This document shows, in pieces, positions 25,801 to 35,986 of a stretch of 64,000 nt of DNA (its first letter is position 1; every line of letters starts with the position of its first letter). The stretch is from the NCBI RefSeq assembly GCF_000143415.4, contig NW_003314301.1:990702-1054701 (forward strand), written 5' to 3'. This stretch comes from Selaginella moellendorffii (taxonomy: Eukaryota > Plantae > Lycopodiophyta). The notes under the pieces are model-generated. The model was not told the DNA's origin, ran no database searches, and saw nothing but the letters and a program-made list of their open reading frames with translations. Made by a program: the position numbers and the translations under genes.

Positions 25801-28247
25801 CGTTGGACAGTCGTCGGGATCAGAGGTGTTTGATTCGAAAAGGAAGAAGGGCAACGAAAAGATGATAGGTAATGCCTCGCGGTTATGGCATGTGTGCTCA
25901 TGCCATTCATTGCAGATCAAGGGCTGAGTGAAAGGAGCCAGTCACCACCTCCTGACTCAGATTCCTATGGCGGACTCCCCTTCCCCAATCTCAATGGAGA
26001 GGTACAATGGATGAGGGATGCTTTTCAAGTTAGGGCCACGTTTTTCTCATCTCGTCATCTTCGAAGGGTGCAAGAACGTGCAGAAACCATGTTAAGACAG
26101 TCGGGTGAGGATACGGTCCTAGGTCAAGCACTAAAACAGGCTATGGATGTCTTGTATTTTGAGATGGAGACTCGGCCAGATGATTTTCCCAAGATGGTCC
26201 TGGAAGAACAAGCCATCCAGCCTGAGCAGCCTATGGAAGAAATCCAGGAGGGGGATGAGGAGCCAGAGAAAGATAATGAGCAGGAACAGCAGAAGGACGA
26301 AGAGGAGGACAAAGAAGAGGAGGACGAAGAAGAGGAGGACAAAGAAGAGGAGGACGAAGAGGACTTGGATGGTCCTCACAATGGTGACGATCACAATAAT
26401 GACGATGACGATGATGACGACGATGGCCAGCCTGAGGTGGCCAAAGAGCAGCGGAGGAAGGTCATACAAGACAAACCATCAGGTAAATAATAGTACATCC
26501 ATTCCTAACCTTTTACCATTTCTAACATTGTCCATGTAGGTCGCAGAAGAAATGGTAAGTAGAGATTATTCAGTTGAATTAAGATACAAACTCTAGCCTT
26601 TAGTGTCGAGGAAGGATAGTGCCAAGCAAGGGTCGAAACGTATGTCCAATCCTTCAGAATCAGCAGTGTGCCCAAGTGATATCGGTCCTAGTTCCTCAAT
26701 AGCAGTTGATGGTAAATACAGTATAGTCGATTCAATGTGCTAATGAGTTTGTTTTTAGTAGCCAGTAGGGAGGATACCATCTCAATCGAAGGGAGATATT
26801 TGGACATGCATATGGATCCGCCAGTGGACTCTACTTCCCTGCAAGAGTCATCAGAGCTGGTGGAGGCTACTATCCATATCAACGCCAAGCAAGCTGACCA
26901 CGCTCCACTTGATGCTGCCCATACCACTGAGTCAATCTTGTCCACGTATCCAACTGACGGTGACCAGGCGCCATTGGACCCGCATGAGGCCGCCCCAACC
27001 GCCGAGCCGGTCTTATCCTCATTTCCAACGTGTGCCCAATCGTCTGACTACGCGCCGTTGGAACCTCCCTACACCGCCCCTGCTGCCTGTTCGGTCATGT
27101 CCACTTTGCCAACGGAGGCACCAGCTGAAATGGCGTGTGATCACACACCATCGGAACCACCCCATGCCACTGTTGAGCCAGTTATACCAGAGTCTACAGC
27201 TGAAATGGCATGTGCCCACACGCCATCGGATGCGATTGACCCCACATTGCAGAGGAGAGTATTTCCGCCCTTCACGTTTCCTCGACCAAAACCCTCTGAA
27301 CGACCATCGGGAGCACCATTCGCTAATATTGTAGATGGTAAAATTGACTTGTACCATTTTTTATGTTGACGCATTTCATTTCAGAGTCACGGCGAAAGTA
27401 CTGTATCGTTTTTGATCTGAACGGTGTCCTTTTCTCCCATGAGCGTGGCTCGTCCTCGAATGTCACTGCACCCTCCAAAGCCTGCGGTCACAAGTTGGTC
27501 AAAAGAGACAGATTCACATTAATCACACGGGAGAAACTGCGGGATCTAATAATGACCATGCGACACTTAAAACAGAGGGCCGAGTTCAATTTGCAATTGG
27601 GAGTTTGGATATCCATGATGCACCACAATACATTAACGTTGCTACAGATGATGCACGATCAGACGCGAGTAATATTACCATTTGATTTTCTCCTAACGCA
27701 GGAGGATTGCTTGACTATGGTCCATGTGAGAGGTAGCAAGCCCATCTTCGTCAAGCCAGAGGCTATAGTGATGAACCAGACTGCTAGGTCAAGTGAAATC
27801 CTCATCATCGATGACTCGCCGATTAAAACTGCAGCGAACACGCACACATATGCAATGCACCCCATCTCTTGCAGTATGGAAACTAGGGAGAAGAAACCGT
27901 ATGTTCTGGGGGACCTTGCAAAACGGCTTGAAGCGATGGTGATAGAGAACCGGCCAGTCCAGGAGGTGGCTGCAGAAATCAATCAAATGGCAGATGGAAC
28001 GGTATATCAGAAGCCATTTGATCGGACAGACACCAGTCATCATTTATGGCATGTATATTGTCTAGCCAAGCACTATCCGCATCTCCATAATCTGCTCAAC
28101 CGGATGGGTTCTTCGACCACTGAACATGAGCGTGGACGTATTAGAGAAGAGATGGCATTACTATTGGGTTTAAATCCTGATAGTGTGGAGAGTGATGAAA
28201 TTCCAAGATTATTGTATAGGCGTTGGAGGCAAAAAATAACAGTCTGA
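22881..28247 (+). pseudogene. Transposon cargo gene: ParB/Srx-like + degenerate N4/N6 DNA methyltransferase-like + acidic/Pro-rich linker + FCP1/NIF-like HAD phosphatase (~1,600 codons, spliced)
   Basis: One frame is maintained through GT-AG introns at 24060-24113, 25423-25472, 25548-25585, 25676-25724, 25869-25915, 26483-26539, 26555-26603, ~26712-26758 and 27338-27384. The frame upstream of 23187 holds two stops (TGA ~22950, TAG ~23139). Possible micro-exons start at ATG 22639. Confidence 0.7.
27385..28247 (+). CDS. FCP1/NIF-like HAD phosphatase domain exon of the cargo gene
   Basis: IVFDLNGVL (HAD motif I variant DxNG), LGVWIS, TQEDC...KPIFVKP and ILIIDDSPIK (motif IV), as in plant FCP1-homology proteins. 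Confidence 0.8.
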
Positions 28248-28665
28248 GATGGCATGTATTTATTTAAAAATGTAACTTATTATGGCATGGGGTTCCATGC
28301 CATTGTATTAATATTAAAAGACAATTCTTTGAGAGGATTTGCATTATACTAGAAGTGTTACAACATGTTATTGGAAGTCTACGAAGTTGTTTTATTAATA
28401 AGGGGAAAGTAAAGATTGAATGGGGACTTGGGCTCCACCTAGACTCGGAGCAACTGAGCCAATATTAAAAGGATGGAAAGAAATTGGACGACGATGACAA
28501 GGAGAAGAGAGAGGTGAAGCAGTGGCAGGGGGAGGAGAAGTGATTGAGTAGACATTTCCTTGTTTAAAATAAAATGGCATGTGCCTCAATGCAGTTGAAT
28601 TTTGTTATATTTATATACTATATAAAGGTTTGGAAACCTTATTTTACAAGTGGGATAATGACAAT

Positions 28666-28687
28666 TCCCACTTTAACGAAATAGAGC
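28666..28687 (-). repeat. Right terminal inverted repeat
   Basis: TCCCACTTTAACGAAATAGAGC. Confidence 0.95.
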
Positions 28688-28767
28688 TTAACCATACTTT
28701 GTTATATAACTTCATCTTTTTAAAATATAATCTCAAGCAAAGTCTTTGACTACAGCCAACATAGAGT

Positions 28768-31700
28768 TGTAAGCGACTAATTTTTCCATTCTACTTTAGT
28801 CACTTAACCACATCTCTGACCACTTGGAGGAGTCTTTTTCACAACCTCCGTAAGTCCAATTCGGGACTTGGGGCTTGATAGCCCCGAGAATGGCATCCAT
28901 GCCACTCAACCTTAGCACTTGGTCCAAGTGCTCCACGTGTCCAATCCCATGACTGACACCCCAAGGTACCACCGACATATCGGCCCGTTACGCTAAGGCC
29001 ATGCCCATTCACCTTGGTCACACTGGTGGTCTAACACCACCTTTCCTGGCTAAACTAGCTCCATGCAGTCCTCCCCCCTACTATACTTTTGGAGCTCACC
29101 AAACCTCCTAGGGTCTGGGAGACAAACGCTTTGGGCTTTCACCCTCTCAGACTCGAACTCGGACTCGGACTCGGACTCGGACTCGGACTCGAACTCGGCC
29201 TCGGTCTCGGTCCCAATCTCGGTCTCGATCTCGGTCTCGGTCCCGGTCTTGGTCCCGGCCTCGGTCTCGACTTCGGACTCCATCTCGGGTCCATCTCGGA
29301 CTCCATCTCGGACTCCATCTCGGGTCCATCTTGAACTCCATCTCGAGTCCATCTCAGACTCCATCTCGGACTCCATCTCAGGTCCATCTCGGACTCCATC
29401 TCGGGTCCATTTTGGACTCCATCTCGAGTCCATCTTGGACTCCATCTCGGGTCTATCTTGGACTCCATCTCGGGTCCATCTCGGACTCCATCTCGGGTCC
29501 CTTTTTGGAGCCTCGCTTATTGCTCACTTCATGCTCGTTCCTTAAGCACTTTGTTGGGAGTTCCACTCCCACTCTTGACCTTTCTAAGTCAGAGCTTTTG
29601 GTCCAAACGTGTTACGCTCGTTTGGCTTTTGCTTCGGCCACTACCACGTGGCACCCTTTCGGCTACACTTTGGGGCCTAGGGATTTTGTGTCTCACAACT
29701 CTACCACCCATAGACAAAATTTGATGTCCTCATCGAACAGTAAACCCTTTTTATAAAGTAACACCCACAGGTGTTACCAATTCCATCCTTGGTACCCAGC
29801 CAATGCTTGTCTATGGTTTGACACTGAAGGCTCACCATGCCTTGTCCATCCTCTAAGGAGCATAGTCTCTCCAACATAAAGACTCATTCGGCCACCTAGG
29901 GTGGTTTGCTCCCTTTTATTGGTTCAGTTCTTGCTAAACCCGTTAGAGACACCTTCTCTAACTCAATTCCACTACTCATCCTCGAGTAGTCTTAGATTCC
30001 ATCGACATAACCTTTGCACTTTAGAACTTTTAATTTTGACTTCTCAGAGTCAATTTCCTAGGTGTCTCTGACACCTTACGTTGCACATGGTGCAACTCCA
30101 CTTCCCCATCCTAGGAAGTTCTTTACTTGAGGGCACCCTCATCCTCTCTTCGATATCGTGCCACCTTTAGCACTAAGTTCTAGTTATCATAATTTGTGCC
30201 AAGGCTGTCCACGGCCTTATTATTTGGCTACCTTACTGCTCCCCCATTTGGAGCTTCCACTTTCGCCAAATCGAAGCGGTTGGGAATCCATCCTTGGGAA
30301 AACATTGCATTTCCCACAATCCGTTAGCACCCAACACATTAGTGTTCTCGGCCTAACTTTGCCATTTAGATTCTTCCCCCTGATTCTCATGGCTCTTTCT
30401 TAGCCACTAGTCTTTTCCTCCTATCCTTGATTGTTGCACTCAGCAACATCGGATCGCTACTTCCATTTTCGAGGTATCCTTTCGGTTCCATAGCAAAGAC
30501 TCTTCTTTGCCAAGTCCGGAGGGTGTTCACCCCTAGTACGTCTCTTTAGCATCTTCTGCTGTGGGCTCTATCCATGGCCCAACTTCGTGACCCTCCCATG
30601 GGTCTCTTATAGAGACTACTTTCCTCGGACTCACTATGCCATCGCATTGACATATTTCATTTCCCTAAGGTGTCCTTCTCACTTGGTCACCTTGACCAAG
30701 CCACACCATCATCAATAATTCAAATCAACACTTTGAACTTGGAACTTTATCCCTTAACCTCACAAGGACTTTGTGCTTGTTTTGGCCACAAGATCACCTA
30801 GTGATCTAACCTTGGCACCTTAACAGGTTTGCTAATAGGTATTAGGTCTTCTAGAACTTAAGTTGTTGACCATGACCCTGGGGGCATCCCCCACACTTGG
30901 CGGTGCACCCAAGCCAACCCTTACAGCCAAGGGTCCATAGCAACTGAGATTAGGTGTCCCCATCTCACTCACCACGTCCTTGGTGCCACTTGCACTAAAG
31001 CGTTCAAGTTAGATATGCCAAGCTTTCACACTAAGCAATCTAACCGTGCATCACGACTCCGAGGCATCTCTCGCTTGGCGGTGTGCCCAAACCAGTCTCC
31101 CCACTGAGAGTCCATGACCACCGAAATATGAGTGTCCTCATATTCCAAACCATCACCACGCCCTAGTGAATTGGGACTCGAACCCAAGCACTAGAGGGTC
31201 GGGACTCGAACCCAACCTCCGTATATGCATCTACGGACGGCATCTCATAAGATGCCTGGCGTGACTCCCCACGCCAGTGCACCAATTTATATTTAAAGTG
31301 CGCTGCAGATCACAACTTAGGAACTTAGTTCCTCCGCACTGCTAAGTCCTCTCACTTGACATGTCTGCGATCATGCATGGACTCCTCCATGCTCGGCCCC
31401 ATAGGCCACCCTTTTGACGTTGGCTTCTTCAACTAGGGTATTCGTTCCCCCCGACTTACCAATCTCCCTTAGCAAGTCATCCGGCCACCGTAACATAGTT
31501 CATGCATAAGCATGAAAGTCCTTAACCATCAACTTTTGTTCAAAGCCCTCTCTTGAACACTCGGGAACTACTTCCTCAACCTTAATAGCCTCACCTCATG
31601 GCAAGCTTCAAGACCACACTTCTGCTATGCCACTCTGATTTCGCGCGTTCTATGAACCATTTACACTTGGCTAACTAGGTACTTATCTACCTAGAGGGAC

Positions 31701-34700
31701 GTTCAATGAACTCTGTTCCTTAGCTTGCTAAGGTCTCTCCTTTCGCAAGCTTTCCAATTACTATATAGTCTAACATGGACAATCCCATGCTTTAGACTCT
31801 CTATAGCATCCCGGTCGCTAGTAACAACATGCTTGAGCACCCACTTGATTCTCCACTCCCAACCTGCATAACCACCCTTAGTCATGCCTATCAATTCCTA
31901 TGGTTCGGTTCTATCTTTATATTACTTGCCTTTTAGCCTCATACATTTCCTTCGGTTATTCTCCTCCAGACTAGGAAGATAGTTTTGCACTTTCTACCAT
32001 GCCTTAGCAAGTATTCATAAGGATGAACCTACTCGACAGCCTAGGGAGTGGTTCCTCAATCCGGGTCTGCTCACTTTGTAATCCCACATACTGGGATTAC
32101 CGTTGCTACTTATGGGCCTTCATATGCCCATCACTAGCCCCACAAAAATCCCGTCTTTGGCTTTGTCTGATTTGGGTAGACGGACTTCTCCCATCACCGC
32201 AACCTTTGACATTTGGATAGCACCTCCTATTCATCATTTGCTAGGGACTTTGTCCCTTGGGCATTATCCATTGCCCTCATGACACCAAACACCATTTTCT
32301 GGTGTTTTAGAGTGTTTGGGTGTCCCAATGATGGCCTCTCTGACAAGAGCATTCCTCTTTCGACATTGACTTACTATATCGCAACATAAGAAATTTATCC
32401 CCCATAAGGGTATATCTAACTTCCTTATCCCAATAAAAAGTCTTAGGTAGTTGCCTTCTACCAGTTTAACGAATTATTTTGCACCTTTTGCTTAGTTGCC
32501 TCATAGTTGTCAAGTCCTACAACTCATTGCTGGTGCTTCCACACCTCCATCATTATCTGGATCACTACACTTTAACCATATGCCTTCTAGCTTAGGCTAT
32601 GCCATTCCTATTTCCATTGGGATTCCTTTGGACAGGGTTCTCATGAACCTGCCAACTTGACCTCAAAGCAGCACGCCTTGGCACCTTCGGTGTCTCCACA
32701 CCATCGGCTCCACGAGCCTACCTTTATGACACTTCTTACTTGTGTCTAAGTCTTTTTGCCAAGACCAATATAGTTGTCTTTTATGCCAATTATCCATTAG
32801 CACTACACCATAGAGTTTATGCACAATTTTGTGTTAAAGTTGTTTTCTTTCGGGAAACTCTTTCCCATGACTTTAGCATGGCACCTTCTGCCATCAATGA
32901 GATACACATTGTTCTCATGCTTGGATCTCAAAATCCTCCCCATCCTTTGTGGGGCACCACACACTTCAGTCCAAATGCTTCCATCAATCCTTTAGGATTA
33001 TTCTTTGACTGTATTGGAATCATTCAACTTTTTGGACTTTGTTAATTTGACGACCCATGAGGTCCTATTTTTGAGGTGCTAGCTCACTAGAATACAACTC
33101 CTTGTATTCATGTCCTACCCACAAAAACCATCTTTGCAAGTGTTACTCTGATACTTGATTTGTTCTCTAGGGGCAACCTTTTGCCCCTTATGACCACTTG
33201 TCCATGTGATGAGAATACCAACTCATCCTCTAAGTACACCCCCAACTCCTTGGGTTGTTCCAGCATTTATTAAAGGTAGCGCCAGCTACCATTTCAAGGA
33301 CTTGTATCCTCTTCTGTATTTGACCTCCCTCGGTCATCAATTCCGGTCTCAAGTTTATGAGCACCAGCCTCCACTATATAAAGGTAATCTTGTGACTCCT
33401 TTATTGTTTTGGAGTCTGCATCTTTCCCGTGATCCCAACTATAGTTGTTTACCACAACTACATTAGCCTATTTGCTGCATCAAACGCTCATCTGGATCAC
33501 ATCCTCAACTCTTTGAGGAAACCCTCATACTATTCCTAAGGTCCAAGAGTCGTTCCCTTACTGGCCCTTTTCCATCCACCACATCATGCACAAGTTCACG
33601 CATGAACTCAAGTGGAGAGCCATGTCCTCTCCACATGCTACTCCTCGAGGATAGGTCCATACCTAGGACTTTCCAATTCCAATACAAGTGGTGATATACT
33701 TGGCCACCAATAAAAGTTGGACTAAGGAACGGCTCCGATACCAAATTGTAAGCGACTAATTTTTCCATTCTACTTTAGTCACTTAACCACATCTCCGACC
33801 ACTTGGAGGAGTCTCTTTCACAACCTCCGTAAGTCCAATTTGGGACTTGAGGCTTGATAGCCCCGAGAATGGCATCTATGCCACTCAACCTTAGCACTTG
33901 GTCCAAGTGCTCCACGTGTCCAATCTCATGATCGACACCCCAAGGTACCCCCGACATATTGGCCCGTTACGCTAAGGCCATGCCCATTCACCTTGGTCAC
34001 ACCTTTGGTTTAACGCCACCGGCATCATAGTCCCATCTCTCAAAGACTGGGCCATCCGTCCGTGAGTGATCATCCCAGATCCACTCCTTAGCATCCCTAG
34101 GATGCCTGCAGATATGGGGAATAGCCTTCCCCGACATCTCTTTTCCAGTTCCCACCAAATCCCTTCTCGTCCATGGTTGTGTTCGCCAACACTGCCACTG
34201 GATCAAGGCCCACAAGCCCAACCACTAAGTCCAACTGTCCTCTGGGACTTCCTCACTGTGTGACTATGTCCTTGGTCACCACACCAGAGGGCTACTCCTC
34301 TTCCTTTCCGCAGTCTGGGACTTTGGGGCAACATTTCGGAACACCGTGGCCATATGCGGGTCTCGTGGGTACTCTCCTTGCCTTCTGCCCTTGGGTGCTC
34401 TAGCCATGGGCTTAGAGCGAGGTTCTGTTGAGCCACACTAGGTATCCAAGTAAGTAGTGCCACCCACACTTGGACTGGGAGCATCGGCCAGTCGATCTCT
34501 CGGGGGAACTAGAGCCGGCTCTTGAATACTTCACCAAGCTACCCCACTTGTCGGTCCGTATTCACTCTAGTCTTGGACTTCCCAGTGGTCAGCTCATCAC
34601 CCAACACTGGGTATGGCCTTCCTGGGCCAAAATGGCCTTTCCTGGCCAAACTGGCTCCACTGCAGTCCTCCCCCCTACTATACTTTTGGAGCTCACCAAA

Positions 34701-35266
34701 TCCCCCAGGGTCTGGGAGACAAATGCTTTGGGCTTTCACCCTCTCAAACTCGAACTCGGACTCGGACTCGGACTTGGACTCAGACTCAAACTCGGACTCG
34801 GGCTCAGTCTCGGCCTCGGCCTAGGCCTTAGTCCCGATCTCGGTCCCGGTCTTGGTCCCAGTCTTGGTCCCGGTCTCGGTCTCGACTTCGGACTCCATCT
34901 CGGGTCCATCTCGGACTCCATCTCGGACTCCATCTCAGGTCCATCTCAAACTCCATCTCGGGTTCATCTCGGACTCCATCTCGGGTCCATCTCGGACTCC
35001 ATCTCGGGTCCATCTCGGACTCCATCTCGGGTCCATCTCGGACTCCATGTCGGACTCCATCTCGGGTCCCTTTTTGGAGCCTCGCTTATTGCTCGCTTCA
35101 TGCTCGTTCCTCAAACATTTTGTTGGGAGTTCCACTCCCGCTCTTGACCTTTCTAAGTCGGAGCTTTTGGTCCAAACGTGTTACGCTCGTTTGGCTTTTG
35201 CTTCGGCCACTACCACGTGGCACCCTTTCGGCTCCACTTTAGGGCCTAGGGATTTTGTGTCTCACA
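28768..35266 (-). mobile_element. Degenerate LTR retrotransposon, probably Ty3/gypsy
   Basis: 5-bp TSD AGAGT at 28763-67 and 35267-71. LTRs with TG...CA ends at 28768-29697 (internally deleted) and 33747-35266. PBS is the reverse complement of GGCTCCGATACCA at 33731-43. A purine-rich PPT lies on the minus strand at 29698-29711. The internal region has no long ORF. Confidence 0.9.
29150..29500. repeat. LTR-internal 6-bp (GACTCG/GTCTCG) and 12-bp (GACTCCATCTCG/GGTCCATCTCG) tandem arrays
   Basis: Directly visible. The same arrays occur at 34750-35070 and, inverted and expanded, at 38100-38680. Confidence 0.9.
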
Positions 35267-35986
35267 AGAGTTCATAGGTGAGTCGAAGTCCTATATATCC
35301 ACAACCATCAAACATAAGGTAAAGCTCAATGGGTTAATTCAAGTTCTACATAGCTATAACCATCAAACACAAGTCAAGAGGCTTTATAGAATGTTTCAAG
35401 TGAAAGATAATTATAGCACATGTGGTTTTTACCCTTTATTCTATAATGATTTACCATAGGATAACCACGAAGCAGAACCTAAATCCTCTATGTGCCACAT
35501 GTCACATGCCATGTGTTCAAAAGATAGTGGTTTGGAACCCAAATTTCAGGGCCTTGGGCCACTAAACGAAGGAACGGAGCCAAATTCCCAAGCATGGAGC
35601 AAAAAAGCGAAGGAACCGAAGAAAAGTAACTCCTAAGCATACAACCTAAGGAGTGAAGAAATAAAAGCATGGAACGACTTGGAACAGTCTTGGAGGATCT
35701 AGCATCCCAATGCCATGACCAGCATGCAAAACGGAACAAAACAAAGTTTGGTGCTATTTTAGCATACCGGTGGCCTAACGTAAGGATATAGGTACTCCAT
35801 CAGCTAGCATGATGTGTAAGCTTAGACCCAAGTCAATTGCAAAACAAAGAAAAGCATCCAAGTGGGAGCTAAACTATGCTTTAGGTTAGTTGGCCATGCC
35901 CAACTTGCCCACTATCCCTACTATACATTTGAAACCTTTCCTTTGAGGAACACACACTTTGGGCTTTCACCCCAATCCTCCTTTAG

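Larger units (their letters stand above)
15261..28595. repeat. ~28 dispersed copies of a 22-bp imperfect palindrome, ATGGCRTGWGGCCWCAYGCCAT
   Basis: Starts include 15577, 15666, 16264, 16424, 16570, 17912, 17969, 19815, 19885, 19983, 20670, 21527, 21606, 21765, 21900, 22667, 22744, 22804, 24081, 25553, 25694, 25885, 27130, 27205, 28282 and 28574. None seen outside the TIRs. Confidence 0.9.
15038..28687. mobile_element. ~13.65-kb TIR DNA transposon (Sola1-like DDD transposase) with a large cargo gene
   Basis: Perfect 22-bp TIRs: GCTCTATTTCGTTAAAGTGGGA at 15038-15059 and its reverse complement at 28666-28687. The element interrupts a repeat whose empty site is at ~2691-2710. AACCAT is duplicated at 15032-15037 and 28690-28695. 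Confidence 0.92.

Noticed and set aside
15261-28595. Palindromic repeats as a CRISPR array
   Set aside because: Spacing is irregular (tens of bp to >1 kb), copies are degenerate, no cas genes are present and the context is eukaryotic.
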